Assembly (NCBI GenBank): GCA_963805085.1
Contig: CAWDTA010000002.1
Location: forward strand, 1,216,001-1,280,000
Direction of reading: 5' to 3'
Source of the DNA: an uncultured Veillonellaceae bacterium
GTDB lineage: Bacteria; Bacillota; Negativicutes; JARBTT01
DNA: 64,000 nucleotides
Shown here piece after piece: positions 19,270-29,823 of this stretch; position 1 is the stretch's first letter; each line of letters opens with the position of its first letter. The notes under the pieces are model-generated. The model was not told the DNA's origin, searched no databases, and was given only the letters and a program-made list of their open reading frames with translations. The position numbers were made by a program, and so were the translations under genes.

Positions 19270-20387
19270 CAGGAATCACCGCCTATTTTCACTTTTTGCC
19301 CTTCTTTGAGTTTATGTACGCCAGCCGTGACAATGCAGTCACCCTGTTTAATACCACTGAGTACTTCAATCGTTCCATTGCCAAATTTACCAGTCGTTAT
19401 TGGTTCTAAGGTCAGCATGTCATTTTTTACGAGCCAAACAGCAGGCAGTTTACCATCTTGATAAACAGCAGAGAGCGGAATATTTACGGTCAATTGCGCA
19501 GTATTGTCAGGCAATTGAATCGCGGAGGTCATACCGAGTTTTATTTCTGGTGGTGGATTCATTAGACTGATACGCACTTTAAAGGTACGCGTATTTTGAT
19601 CGGCCATAGGCGCGATTTCTCTTATTTTACCGTCTACAATTACATTCGGAAGTGCCCAAAAGCTTGCTTTGATTTGTTCGGCGTTACGCAGTTCATTTAG
19701 ACGATTTTCAGGAACGTTGATTTCGATTTCTCGTTCGTCATCTTGTACTATAGTGACAACTGCTTGTCCTGCACTCACCACTTGTCCCATTTCAGCGGTG
19801 ATACTAGACACGACACCGGCTTTGTCGGCTCTAAGCACTGTATAATCTAGTTGGTTAGCGCCTTGGCTGTATTGTGATGAAGCTTGATTTACATTGGCGA
19901 TTGCTACATTGTAGGCATTTACATATTGATCATACATCGATTGACTAATTGCACCTTGGGATAATAGTTGTCTATAGCGCGAGAGATTGCTTTCTGCTAA
20001 GGACAACTGTGATTGAGCAGAAGCGACTTGGGCAGAATTACTGTTTACCGTTTGTTGAATATCTTTGGCATCAATCTGCATTAAAACGTCGCCTGCACTC
20101 ACTTTACTGCCCAGTTCTACGCTCCGTTTAATGATTTTTCCAGTGACTTGGAACGCCAGTTGCGTTTCATAACGACCGCGTACTTCGCCAGAATAGGTAT
20201 AGTTTTGTGCATTTTCCCCAGTTTGAATTGTAAGTGTGCGTACGCTCACACGATCATCAGCTGGGATAGCTGCTTTATTTTTTTCATGAAAGACAATGCC
20301 TGTCACTAGGCATAAGCCGACTATGGCAGCTAAGATATAATACCATTGTTTTTTTTTGAGTTCTGTTAATAAATGTAGTAGGTTCAT
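19269..20387 (-). CDS. RND periplasmic adaptor (membrane fusion protein)
   Basis: N-terminal TM, lipoyl-like half motifs, coiled coil and TRTFKVRI; 1-nt overlap with the permease. Confidence 0.93.
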   Translation of the reverse strand: MNLLHLLTELKKKQWYYILAAIVGLCLVTGIVFHEKNKAAIPADDRVSVRTLTIQTGENAQNYTYSGEVRGRYETQLAFQVTGKIIKRSVELGSKVSAGDVLMQIDAKDIQQTVNSNSAQVASAQSQLSLAESNLSRYRQLLSQGAISQSMYDQYVNAYNVAIANVNQASSQYSQGANQLDYTVLRADKAGVVSSITAEMGQVVSAGQAVVTIVQDDEREIEINVPENRLNELRNAEQIKASFWALPNVIVDGKIREIAPMADQNTRTFKVRISLMNPPPEIKLGMTSAIQLPDNTAQLTVNIPLSAVYQDGKLPAVWLVKNDMLTLEPITTGKFGNGTIEVLSGIKQGDCIVTAGVHKLKEGQKVKIGGDS

Positions 20388-20408
20388 GATTTTGCTCCTT
20401 CACTTTTT

Positions 20409-20433
20409 ATTAATTGAATTACGTTCAATTAAT
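20409..20433. promoter_or_regulatory. Putative TetR operator upstream of the MFP gene
   Basis: Palindrome ATTAATTGAA-TTACG-TTCAATTAAT. Confidence 0.7.
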
Positions 20434-20509
20434 TTGTCTAAAAAAACCGCTCGTCTAAAACTAATGTTTAGAGGCGGGAGTTTTCTTAGTCTTTTTTTCG
20501 TTCGTTGTT

Positions 20510-21124
20510 TTATAGTGTGAGATGAATTGTGTTTTCCTTTGTGCCTAGTGCTTTTTCAATCAGTGATTCTGCCATCCTCAAACGAAAAGATAAAATATCT
20601 TCAGAAGTTTTTTGATATAATGCTTCACTTAAAAAATCTAAAATAGCATGGATATAATCTACAGCCGTTGGCGGATGAGATACGCAAAAGATTTGAGTAG
20701 ATATACCTTCTTCTATAATTTTTAGCAGCCGGGGCGCAAGCGATACTTCGATTTGGCAAAATAACTTGAGCTTAAGATGTAAATTTTGCTCATCGTAGAG
20801 CATATTAAGCAGTAATCCGTCTTTGTAACCAGCCTTGCATAGTACGCTAGAAATCGTTAAAGATAGTTTTTCTGCGGGAGAATGGTCAAGGCGAATGATC
20901 ATTTGGATTTCTGCCATCAAGGAAGAAACGTGCCGAATCAGCAGAGTTTCTAAAATTTCTTCTTTTGATTTGAAGTAATAATAAAGCATCCCCTGTGCGG
21001 TCCCCATTTTTTTTGCGATATCGCTAATGGTAGTTGCTTGGTAGCCTTTGGTGAAAAATAAGTGATCGGCAACATCTAAGATTTCATTGATTCGAATTTG
21101 CGGGTCTTGTGGAGTTCTAGCCAT
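20510..21124 (-). CDS. TetR/AcrR family regulator
   Basis: KGYQATTISDIAKKMGTAQGMLYYYFKSKEEI helix-turn-helix. Confidence 0.95.
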   Translation of the reverse strand: MARTPQDPQIRINEILDVADHLFFTKGYQATTISDIAKKMGTAQGMLYYYFKSKEEILETLLIRHVSSLMAEIQMIIRLDHSPAEKLSLTISSVLCKAGYKDGLLLNMLYDEQNLHLKLKLFCQIEVSLAPRLLKIIEEGISTQIFCVSHPPTAVDYIHAILDFLSEALYQKTSEDILSFRLRMAESLIEKALGTKENTIHLTL

Positions 21125-21137
21125 TTATACATCCCTC

Positions 21138-21170
21138 ATTTATAATTTGAACTATATTCAAATTATAAAT
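21138..21170. promoter_or_regulatory. Putative TetR autoregulatory operator
   Basis: Palindrome ATTTATAATTTGAA-CTATA-TTCAAATTATAAAT, with the same TTGAA-N5-TTCAA core as 20409. Confidence 0.7.
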
Positions 21171-21446
21171 CATGCAAGAAAATAATGTCAAGAATAATTT
21201 TTTTATGGAAGATTTTCTTGGATTTTGACAGAACAATAATTGATAGCTTATACGTCTAAATCTGCTTGTATCGTGAAATTTTAGCAATAGCCAAGAGCAA
21301 ACAATTGTTGACCTTTTTTCATTACAACGGTATGATGGAAATAATATGTAGCAAAGGTGCTATCTGAATTGAAAGATTGGATAGTACCTTTTTTAATAGG
21401 AAAATATATTGGAAAGATAGTTTTTTATGGGGTCGGAGGAGAAAGA

Positions 21447-22724
21447 ATGAAAAATGAACAAATTGTTGAAGCGATGAAAAAAGGGTTAGTGATAGCGACT
21501 GGTTGTACGGAGCCGGTGGCAATTGCTTATGCAGGCGCTGTGGCGAGTAGTCATGTAGAAGGTCCAATTGAACATATTAAGCTGGTTACGAGTGCGAATA
21601 TTATCAAAAATGCATTTGTCGTAGGAATTCCAGGGACGGATTTAACTGGATTGAAATACGCTGTTGCCATTGGCTGTATGTGTACGGAGCCTGAAAAGAA
21701 ATTGGCTGTACTGGAAGGTTTAGCAGAAAGCCAAATAGAAATGGCAAAACAACTGGTAGAAGTGAATAAGGTAGAACTAGCTAAGTCGGAATTACCTTAT
21801 AAGTTATACATAGAAGTGACTGTAAAAACGAAAGCAGACGTTGTAACCGTAACGATCATCGGTTCGCATACGAACGTGACGAAGATTGTTAAGAATGGTA
21901 AGACCAAGTATAACGGTGGCTGTGGCAGTAGTTTGGAAGAAAAAGAAGCAGCGGAATATTCTTTTGATTTAAAGGATGTTTACGAATATTGTCTAAATGT
22001 CGAGGTAAAAGAATTGGGCTTAATAAAAACGGCGATTGAACTCAATTCGAAGATTTCCGAGGAGGGTCTAGAGGAACAATATGGCTTAGAAGTTGGTAGG
22101 ATGATTCAGGCAAATATACACAAGAAAATTCTTGCCGATGATATGACCAACTATGCAATGATGATTACTGCCGCAGCAAGTGATGCGCGGATGGCGGGAC
22201 TTAGCCTACCGGTGATGAGTAATTCGGGTAGTGGAAATCAAGGCATCGCCGCAACGATGCCAGTGGTCGCCGTGTGGAAAAAGTTAGAATCTAAAGATGA
22301 GACACAATTGCTCCGTGCCTGTGCGCTTAGCAATTTAGCGACGATTTATATCAAACAAAAATTTGGTATCTTATCGGCGTTATGTGGTGCGGTAGTAGCG
22401 GCTTCTGGGGCAGCTTGTGGTATTACATACTTACTGGGCGGAACGTTCGAGCAAATTGAAAATTCTATCCACAATACACTAGGAAATGTTGCTGGTATGG
22501 TTTGTGATGGCGCAAAATCGAGCTGTGCCCTTAAAATTTCTACTTGTACGAACGCTGCAATGCAAGCATCACTGCTGGCTCTCAGTGATCTAAGGATAAA
22601 ACCCAATGAAGGTATTGTAGAGCAATTAAGCGAAAAAACAATTGATAATTTTGCAATACTTGGTAATGAGGGTAGTGAAAATATCGATAAACTTATTTTA
22701 GATATGATTATTCATAAAGAATAG
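21447..22724 (+). CDS. L-cysteine desulfidase (YhaM/CdsB-like, serine dehydratase alpha family)
   Basis: GCTEP, ASDARMAG, SNSGSGNQG, LSALCG and CDGAKSSCALK. RBS GGAGGAG precedes ATG 21447. Confidence 0.88.
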   Translation: MKNEQIVEAMKKGLVIATGCTEPVAIAYAGAVASSHVEGPIEHIKLVTSANIIKNAFVVGIPGTDLTGLKYAVAIGCMCTEPEKKLAVLEGLAESQIEMAKQLVEVNKVELAKSELPYKLYIEVTVKTKADVVTVTIIGSHTNVTKIVKNGKTKYNGGCGSSLEEKEAAEYSFDLKDVYEYCLNVEVKELGLIKTAIELNSKISEEGLEEQYGLEVGRMIQANIHKKILADDMTNYAMMITAAASDARMAGLSLPVMSNSGSGNQGIAATMPVVAVWKKLESKDETQLLRACALSNLATIYIKQKFGILSALCGAVVAASGAACGITYLLGGTFEQIENSIHNTLGNVAGMVCDGAKSSCALKISTCTNAAMQASLLALSDLRIKPNEGIVEQLSEKTIDNFAILGNEGSENIDKLILDMIIHKE

Positions 22725-22730
22725 AAGATA

Positions 22731-22771
22731 AAAATGTGATAGGCTGCTTTGGTAGCAACCTATCACATTTT
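22731..22771. terminator. Bidirectional terminator
   Basis: AAAATGTGATAGG-CTGC...GCA-ACCTATCACATTTT. Confidence 0.7.
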
Positions 22772-22776
22772 CTTGA

Positions 22777-23709
22777 CTATTTTAAAATGATCAGCATATT
22801 GGCAAATTCACAGTCGTTGTTGCTCATGGAGATTAAGCGCTGGTTAACTAAATCTATCACCGATAAATCAGCAAACATATTGCTTGTGGCGATTGCAAAA
22901 TTGGGGTTAGGCAACAGATATAGATTGGTGATAGAACGCCCGATAGAAAAAGCGCCACTGATACTGTTGCTCGTTAAGTCTATGATGGTTAAAGAGGAAC
23001 TATCTTCGTTGACTATGTAAGCGGTGTTGGTGCTAGGATTGATGGTGATATTGCAAGGATAGGCACGAAGCGCTTTTACTGATTGTGATGATTGGAAACT
23101 AAGATAAATTGGCAGGTTATCCTTAGTAAAAATTGCTACCCCTTCGCCATGTACTAGGCTTTCGGTAAACGGAACGAGTATTTTCTCTTGATAAACGCAA
23201 ATGTTTGTTGGAACGCCTTCCAGTTGATATTCTGCTAAGAAGTCGCCATTTGTTTTAAGAACAGCAATACTACCATTTTCCTTTGTTTCCCAAGCGGTAT
23301 AAATTTTATCATCGGCAAAGGCGATTCCAACGCAACTGGCGTCATCGGGCTGACCGATTGGGGTAATCGTTAGTGCCGTCATATCTAAACAATATAAAAT
23401 TGATTTGTCATCGATAAAATAAGCAAAATTGAAAGCCGATGAGATAGCGCATTGAAGTGGCGCAGGAAATTCAATTGGTAGGCGATATATTTTAGGGGTT
23501 GTTACATTTATGTTAAATAAAGAGCCCTTATTACCATTTTTCGTGATTAGACAAGCTTTTTGTTGTTCACTGTTATATTCCAAAACAACCGGAATTTCCT
23601 GTTCAGGATAGCTAAGTTGGGCAAAAATAGCGGCGTTTCGCTGGTCGATAAACAGTAACATGTCTTTCAAAAGGTCAATGATAATCATTTTATAAATAAA
23701 CCACTCCAT
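22777..23709 (-). CDS. YncE/YVTN-like beta-propeller protein
   Basis: Repeated beta-blade motifs (TAYIVNEDSSSLTIIDL, ATSNMFADLSVIDL). RBS GAGGTG precedes ATG 23709. Confidence 0.65.
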   Translation of the reverse strand: MEWFIYKMIIIDLLKDMLLFIDQRNAAIFAQLSYPEQEIPVVLEYNSEQQKACLITKNGNKGSLFNINVTTPKIYRLPIEFPAPLQCAISSAFNFAYFIDDKSILYCLDMTALTITPIGQPDDASCVGIAFADDKIYTAWETKENGSIAVLKTNGDFLAEYQLEGVPTNICVYQEKILVPFTESLVHGEGVAIFTKDNLPIYLSFQSSQSVKALRAYPCNITINPSTNTAYIVNEDSSSLTIIDLTSNSISGAFSIGRSITNLYLLPNPNFAIATSNMFADLSVIDLVNQRLISMSNNDCEFANMLIILK

Positions 23710-23834
23710 GTGTTTCACCTCTTCTTTCAATTCACAATACTAGTATATTCATGAAATGTTTATTTTGCTTATTAGAATAAAGGTCTTTTTTCTGGTATAA
23801 TTCTAATTGAAGAAAATAGTTTGGAGGCTTTATC

Positions 23835-25007
23835 ATGACAAAGTCTAGGTTGTGGGTGAGTCATACAGAGGCAGTACTGTGTATTATGTTTATGTTGATT
23901 TTAATTGGTACTGTTAATGTTTTTAGTGCAAGTTTCGTAAAAGCCGGTATGGAGTATAACAATACCTATTATTTCTTGAATCGTCATTTGATATCGTTGG
24001 GAATCGGCTTTGTCTGTATGATCTTGACCATTAAATTTGATTATAGAAGGTGGCGGAAGCTCATTCCCTTTATATTATTGGCTACGATTGCGGCTTTGAT
24101 CGCAGTTCATGTTGCAGGGGTCGAAATCAATGGTTCACGGCGGTGGTTAAATATTGGGATGCAGTTCCAGCCATCGGAACTCGCTAAGTTAGCGACAATC
24201 TTATTTATGGCTGCTTATTTGGGCCCTAAAATTGATCGGCAAGCAAAAATTTCGATGTTCACCAAACAGATGGGGATTATTGCGGCTATGGGATTTCTTG
24301 TGTATCGTCAGCCAGATCTAGGAACGGCTGCGATCATTGTCGGGATTGCGTTTTTCTTACATATCCTTGCGGGTATGCATAAAGAAGAGGCGATTTTATT
24401 ATCCTTATTAGCGCTAACGGTCGCTGTTGCTCTAACCTTTTCAGCCTCTTATCGAGCCGAACGTGTTTGGGCATGGTTTGATCCGTGGGCGTATCAAGGC
24501 GACAAGGGGTATCAGACAGTGCAATCGATTATTGCCATCGGTTCGGGTGGCTTTTTTGGCGAAGGTCTTGGCATGGGGACAAGTAAATTTTATTATCTGC
24601 CAGAAGCACATACGGACTTTGCTTTTGCGATTTTATGCCAAGAAATGGGCTTTGTTGGTGCAATGGGAGTGTTTGTTTTACTTGCCGCCTTGGCCTTTTA
24701 CAGTGGTAAAATTGCTAGGCAAGCACAAGATGGGTTCGGTAAGATGCTCGTCATTGGAATTACGATTTTAGTCGTTGGCCAAGGCATTGCGAATATCGCC
24801 ATGGTTTCGGGAATTTTACCCGTCATTGGGGTGCCGTTGCCTTTTATTAGCTATGGTGGTACTTCACTTATTATTAATATGGTCGCTGTTGGCATTTTAG
24901 TCAATGTTGGTAGGCAAGCGGCAAAAAAAACATTGCCAGGACCAAATGGCGGAGAAAAGAATGCTGTTCCAAAACGTACATTCAAATTAATGCGCAAGGG
25001 CGCATAA
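23835..25007 (+). CDS. SEDS peptidoglycan polymerase, FtsW/SpoVE family
   Basis: GSRRWL, FQPSELAK, QPDLGT, LPEAHTDFAF and LPFISYGGTS. Confidence 0.93.
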   Translation: MTKSRLWVSHTEAVLCIMFMLILIGTVNVFSASFVKAGMEYNNTYYFLNRHLISLGIGFVCMILTIKFDYRRWRKLIPFILLATIAALIAVHVAGVEINGSRRWLNIGMQFQPSELAKLATILFMAAYLGPKIDRQAKISMFTKQMGIIAAMGFLVYRQPDLGTAAIIVGIAFFLHILAGMHKEEAILLSLLALTVAVALTFSASYRAERVWAWFDPWAYQGDKGYQTVQSIIAIGSGGFFGEGLGMGTSKFYYLPEAHTDFAFAILCQEMGFVGAMGVFVLLAALAFYSGKIARQAQDGFGKMLVIGITILVVGQGIANIAMVSGILPVIGVPLPFISYGGTSLIINMVAVGILVNVGRQAAKKTLPGPNGGEKNAVPKRTFKLMRKGA

Positions 25008-25075
25008 GAACATAGTTTAGAGGCTATCGTAATGTTATTTACGATAGTCTCTATTTTTTATTGCTTTAAAAAGTA

Positions 25076-25103
25076 ACACAACGAGCGAACTTCACATAAA
25101 ATA
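25076..25103 (+). promoter_or_regulatory. Putative mother-cell (sigma-K/E-like) promoter of cotJ
   Basis: ACA-16nt-CATAAAATA. Confidence 0.35.
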
Positions 25104-25132
25104 TACTAGCTTAGGAGAGAAGAGGTGGTAAT

Positions 25133-25339
25133 GTGTTTATGGAAGAAGAAATGCGCCCTTGTATTGATCAATGTGATGATAGTGAACACATGATGAAACA
25201 TGGTATGAGCTCGCGTAAAATATTAGCTCATACCTATATGCTATGGCAAACTTATGATAAAGCATTTAGTCCAAAGGAAGCTTTGTCAAAAGGAACATTA
25301 TTCCCAGAGTTATGGGGTGTATATAGAATTCCAAAATGA
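25133..25339 (+). CDS. cotJA: Spore coat protein CotJA
   Basis: LAHTYMLWQ...EALSKGTLFPEL. Confidence 0.9.
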   Translation: MFMEEEMRPCIDQCDDSEHMMKHGMSSRKILAHTYMLWQTYDKAFSPKEALSKGTLFPELWGVYRIPK

Positions 25340-25357
25340 GAAATGAGGTGATTTATA

Positions 25358-25615
25358 ATGGGGTGTGAAAAGCAAGCAGAAATGCTTGTGAAAATTCAAG
25401 AAATGGAGTTTATCGCAATTGAGCTTAATTTATATTTAGATACACATCCGTGTGATAGTGAAGCAATCAATGATTATAATTGTGCGGTAGAAAGCTCACG
25501 AAAATTAGTACGAAAATATGAGGCTGAATATGGACCGCTTTACAATTTTGGATTGAGTGCAAATTGTGAGGATTCATGGCAATGGATTAACAGTCCGTGG
25601 CCCTGGGAAATATAG
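25358..25615 (+). CDS. cotJB: Spore coat protein CotJB
   Basis: ELNLYLDTHP, YGPL and WQWINSPWPWE. Confidence 0.95.
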   Translation: MGCEKQAEMLVKIQEMEFIAIELNLYLDTHPCDSEAINDYNCAVESSRKLVRKYEAEYGPLYNFGLSANCEDSWQWINSPWPWEI

Positions 25616-25626
25616 GAGGAAGTCGA

Positions 25627-26250
25627 ATGTGGATTTATGAAAAAAAGTTAGAACGGCCGATGTGCGTTAGTTGCCCAGATGTTGCTTTTGCAAAACTTGT
25701 TCTTACACAATATGGCGGCCCAAACGGTGAACTATCAGCTTCTCTACAATATATTAATCAACGGTATTCTATGCCGACAAATAAAGCAAGAGCGGTTTTG
25801 ACTGATATTGGAACGGAAGAACTTGCTCATCAAGAAATGATTGCAACTCTAGTTTATAAATTGACAGAGGGGGCTAGTCCAAAAGATTTTGAAGCGGCTG
25901 GTTGGGCTGGCAAATGGACGCAGCATGGTTGTGGATTGTTCTGGCAAGATGCGAATGGTGTGCCATGGAGTGCAAAATATATTTCTTGTCTTGGTGATCC
26001 GATTGCCGATCTTACTGCAAATCTAGCAGCTGAACAAAATGCACGGGCAACTTACGAGCATTTAATAGCCCAGACCTGTGACCCGCATGTAAAAGATTCG
26101 CTGCGGTTTTTATGGCAACGGGAAATTGTGCATCTGCAACGCTTTGGCGAAGCGTTAAACGATATGGAAGAATGGATGTGCAAATGCAAGCGTGTTTGGA
26201 CGGGAACGCAGCAGGAAGAGGAAGAAGCTGATCTAGAAAACGAGGAATAA
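25627..26250 (+). CDS. cotJC: Spore coat manganese catalase-family protein CotJC
   Basis: MWIYEKKL, QYGGPNGELSA, TDIGTEELAH and REIVH. Confidence 0.95.
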   Translation: MWIYEKKLERPMCVSCPDVAFAKLVLTQYGGPNGELSASLQYINQRYSMPTNKARAVLTDIGTEELAHQEMIATLVYKLTEGASPKDFEAAGWAGKWTQHGCGLFWQDANGVPWSAKYISCLGDPIADLTANLAAEQNARATYEHLIAQTCDPHVKDSLRFLWQREIVHLQRFGEALNDMEEWMCKCKRVWTGTQQEEEEADLENEE

Positions 26251-26391
26251 AGATAAAAAACCATACTTTCGTCCCTATTTTGCTAAGGTTTAGAAATAAG
26301 ACAGAATATTACTGTTTATTTGCTTCTTTATTATTGGTTTTGCTGTATAATGAAACTAATGATACTTATTGCAATATAGGGGGTAGCTTTG

Positions 26392-27072
26392 ATGACAAAC
26401 ATATTACTAGTCGGTGGCGGTCGAAGTGCTGCGGGGTTTTTAGAATTGGGCAAAAATGTTCCTGATATTAAAATCGTTGGTGTTGTTGATTTAAAAACAG
26501 ATGCAGTAGCAATTCAATTAGCGAATAAATCAGGGATTAGAACTTTCCAAGATATCAAAGAAGCAGTTAATACGTCTGGTGTCGATGTAGTAATAAACAT
26601 TACAGGTGATACTAGTGTAAATAAAGTGATTTCTGATAATAAACCAGAACAGGTAAAATTAGTAGATTCTTTTATCACTTCGATGTTGTATCATTTAATT
26701 AAATCCCAAATCCTTCTTACCGATGATTTAGAAGAAAAGGTTGGGACGTTATCTAATGCGGTAACTGAGGCAAAAGGGCATATCAATAAAACCCATGAAG
26801 TCATAGGCTTTATTAATAAAGTTTCCCAACAAACCAATCTTTTGGGGTTAAATGCTGCGATTGAAGCGGCTCGTGCAGGTGAACAGGGAAAAGGGTTTGC
26901 GGTAGTTGCAAATGAAGTTCGTAAACTAGCGGAAGATAGTGTCGAGGCTACAAAAAAAATAAACTCCATTTTGAATAATATTGAATCGTCTATGCAGGCT
27001 ATTATCGTGGGGATAGAAGAAACTGCAGCGGTTGCTGAAAGTAATCGAAGTGGCAAGTCAATGAGACAATAA
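26392..27072 (+). CDS. Soluble short chemoreceptor with an N-terminal Rossmann-like domain
   Basis: N-terminal [10 protein letters not shown]...VGVVD...DVVINITG, then the MCP hairpin [35 protein letters not shown]; no TM. Confidence 0.85.
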   Translation: MTNILLVGGGRSAAGFLELGKNVPDIKIVGVVDLKTDAVAIQLANKSGIRTFQDIKEAVNTSGVDVVINITGDTSVNKVISDNKPEQVKLVDSFITSMLYHLIKSQILLTDDLEEKVGTLSNAVTEAKGHINKTHEVIGFINKVSQQTNLLGLNAAIEAARAGEQGKGFAVVANEVRKLAEDSVEATKKINSILNNIESSMQAIIVGIEETAAVAESNRSGKSMRQ

Positions 27073-27090
27073 ATAAGTGATCAATAAATA

Positions 27091-27127
27091 AAAAGCCTTG
27101 GACTCTGAATAGAGTGCCAAGGCTTTT
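27091..27127. terminator. Bidirectional terminator
   Basis: AAAAGCCTTGG-ACTC...GAGT-G-CCAAGGCTTTT. Confidence 0.7.
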
Positions 27128-27132
27128 AAGTG

Positions 27133-27579
27133 TTAGTCAGGGATCACAGATGGGTTATCAGTGATTGCTGACAAAATAACAATGGTTTGTGTTTTGATAA
27201 TACCAGGTTGATTTTTAATTCTGGTTAATAGCAATTCTAATGTATGGGTATTTTCGGTTATAATTTTTAAGGAATAATCAAAATCACCAGTAATGTAAAA
27301 ACATTCTTTAATTTCATTTTCGCTTTTTACAAAATGTGCGAAAGAGTCACTATGGCTTGGATTTTCAAATCTAACAAACATTAATGCCATGAGATGTTTG
27401 TTGAGCATGGTAGGGTCTAATATGACAGTATATTGCTTGATTACGCCAGATGCTTCAAGCTTTTTTAGCCTTTCACTAATCGCTGGCATTGATAATGATA
27501 TTTCGGAACTTAAGTCGGAAATAGTCATGCGGGCATTTTTTTGTAAGTTTTTCAATATTTTTTTATCAATATCATCCAT
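27133..27579 (-). CDS. Lrp/AsnC family regulator
   Basis: MDDIDKKILKNLQKNARM...ERLKKLEASGVIKQY and ITGDFDY. Confidence 0.95.
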   Translation of the reverse strand: MDDIDKKILKNLQKNARMTISDLSSEISLSMPAISERLKKLEASGVIKQYTVILDPTMLNKHLMALMFVRFENPSHSDSFAHFVKSENEIKECFYITGDFDYSLKIITENTHTLELLLTRIKNQPGIIKTQTIVILSAITDNPSVIPD

Positions 27580-27730
27580 ATAATCACCACCAATCTAAAA
27601 ACAGAAATTTTCTATATTCCTTTATTATAACAGGCAAATGAATTTCTGTAAGTGTTTTTGTGATTAATATTTAAAATATATGGTTGTTTTTGTTTTTGTA
27701 TAGAAATTTTCAAGTGTATCTGATTTATTT

Positions 27731-27758
27731 AGAGGGAAAAAGAGTAATCTTACAGAAT
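27731..27758 (+). promoter_or_regulatory. Putative sigma-H promoter of the class B PBP
   Basis: AGAGGG-18nt-GAAT, matching the AGGA-17/18-GAAT spacing. Confidence 0.45.
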
Positions 27759-27801
27759 ATATTTAGACTAATATTTTTAATGCTTTTTAGGGGTTGATAG
27801 A

Positions 27802-29769
27802 ATGGCTACGAAATTGCGATCAAATGTGCAACGACGAATAGCTGTATTTATATCGTTTATGCTTATGTTCATTATCGTCTTAAGTGGTAGGCTTGCTTGG
27901 ATGCAATTGGTGCAGGGCGATGAATTCCAAAAAAGAGTGGACCATCAAGTAGGAGAAAGCAAAATACTACAATCGCCACGGGGGACTATCTACGATAGGC
28001 AAGGTAGAGAGCTGGCAGTTAGCATCATGACGAAGTCTCTGTATGTTGATCCGCATGAAGTGAAAGATGCGGATCAATTAGCCCAGGATCTCTCGCCACT
28101 CATAGGAATCCCAGTAGAAGATATCAAAGAACGTATCGCTGTGGGCGGCGGGTTCGTTTGGCTAAAACGTAAATTAGAACCAGATGTAGTAACCAAGGTA
28201 AAACAGCTTATTTATGATAAGAAATTAAATTGTTTAAACTTTGAAGATGAAAGTAAGCGTTATTATCCTAATGATGTTTTAGCAGCACAGGTATTGGGAT
28301 TTGTTGGTACTGATGACACTGGCTTAGATGGAATTGAATTAATTCAAAATGATGTCATTAAAGGAAAAACGACAAAACGCTATGTGATGACCGATAAAAA
28401 TAGTAAACCAATTTTTAATTCGGTGCTTTCTAATAATTCTTTTGAAAAATGTAAAAATGTTTATTTGACATTGGATAGTACGATTCAATTTATCGTTGAA
28501 CAAAATTTGGATAAAGCGATGATTGAAACAAAACCAAGGGCGATTACTGCGATTGTTATGAATCCAAAAACCGGAGAAATTCTCGCGATGGCGAATAGGC
28601 CTACCTTTAATCCAAATGAGTTTGGCAAATATTCGCCAACGGAATGGAAGAATCGCGCGGTATCCTTCGTATACGAACCGGGTTCTACATTTAAAGCAAT
28701 TGTTGCAGCAGCCGCTTTGCAAGAAGGAACTGTAACGCCAAATCAAATATTTCACGTTCCAAGTTATGTAATGGTATCAGGGCGCCGAATTCAAAATTGG
28801 AGTGATGAAGATTATGGTAACGTTACATTTACCAAGATTATTAAGGAGTCCATTAATACGGGATTTGTTCAAGTTGGCATGCAACTTGGTGCGAATAAAT
28901 TAAATGAATATGTACATTTGTTTGGTTTTGGAAAAATAACGGATGTTGGTTTGCCGGGAGAAGAAGTCGGCATCTTGTTTAATCCTAATGATATGCGCGA
29001 TTCCGATTTAGCAACAATGTCGATTGGACAAAGTATTGCGGTTACACCAATTCAACTGGTTACAGCGATGTCAGCAATAGCCAATAAAGGTGTGCTGCTA
29101 AAACCAACCATTTTAAAAGAAATTCGTAATGCGGATAATACAATCTTCAGTGAAGAAAAAACAACTGAGATTAGACGAGCTATACCCGAAGAAACAGCCT
29201 TGGAATTAAGTGGAATGCTCGAACAGGTTGTTGCTTCTGGCGGTGCTAGTAAAGCGGCGGTAAAAGGGTATCGTATTGCCGGCAAAACGGGAACAGCGGA
29301 AAAATTGCGCGACGATGGTAGTGGTTATTTAGCGGGCCATTATATTGCTTCCTTTTGCGGTTTTGCGCCAGTGGAAGATCCGCAAATTACAATATTAGTT
29401 ATTATTGATGATCCGAATGGTACTTACTATGGTGGCCAAATTGCGGCGCCAATTGCCGGCCAAATATTTGAACAAGTATTGCGGTATTTAAATGTGAAAC
29501 CATCGACCAATAATTTAAATCTAAAAGAATTCACAGGCAAAGAAAAAGTCGTCGAAGATGAACCAGCATCAGCGGTTGTGGTACCACAAGGAAAGGTTTT
29601 AATACCTGATATGAGTGGTAAAAGCCTGCGTCAGGCAGCAGAAGACCTCAAAGCGATTGGAATTAGTATGATTCCAGAAGGAACAGGAACTGCCTTTAAG
29701 CAGGATATAGCGCCAAATGCGATTGTTGATCCGGGTGCCACAATGACTGTATATTTTCGTTCGGATTGA
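27802..29769 (+). CDS. Class B penicillin-binding protein (FtsI/SpoVD family) with a PASTA domain
   Basis: RGTIYDR, RYYP, EPGSTFK (SxxK), SIN (SxN), GKTGT and a C-terminal PASTA. Confidence 0.94.
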   Translation: MATKLRSNVQRRIAVFISFMLMFIIVLSGRLAWMQLVQGDEFQKRVDHQVGESKILQSPRGTIYDRQGRELAVSIMTKSLYVDPHEVKDADQLAQDLSPLIGIPVEDIKERIAVGGGFVWLKRKLEPDVVTKVKQLIYDKKLNCLNFEDESKRYYPNDVLAAQVLGFVGTDDTGLDGIELIQNDVIKGKTTKRYVMTDKNSKPIFNSVLSNNSFEKCKNVYLTLDSTIQFIVEQNLDKAMIETKPRAITAIVMNPKTGEILAMANRPTFNPNEFGKYSPTEWKNRAVSFVYEPGSTFKAIVAAAALQEGTVTPNQIFHVPSYVMVSGRRIQNWSDEDYGNVTFTKIIKESINTGFVQVGMQLGANKLNEYVHLFGFGKITDVGLPGEEVGILFNPNDMRDSDLATMSIGQSIAVTPIQLVTAMSAIANKGVLLKPTILKEIRNADNTIFSEEKTTEIRRAIPEETALELSGMLEQVVASGGASKAAVKGYRIAGKTGTAEKLRDDGSGYLAGHYIASFCGFAPVEDPQITILVIIDDPNGTYYGGQIAAPIAGQIFEQVLRYLNVKPSTNNLNLKEFTGKEKVVEDEPASAVVVPQGKVLIPDMSGKSLRQAAEDLKAIGISMIPEGTGTAFKQDIAPNAIVDPGATMTVYFRSD

Positions 29770-29823
29770 AAGAAAATAATGAAAGGGCGGCTTAGTTAGC
29801 CGCCCTAATGAAGCAAAGGTAAA

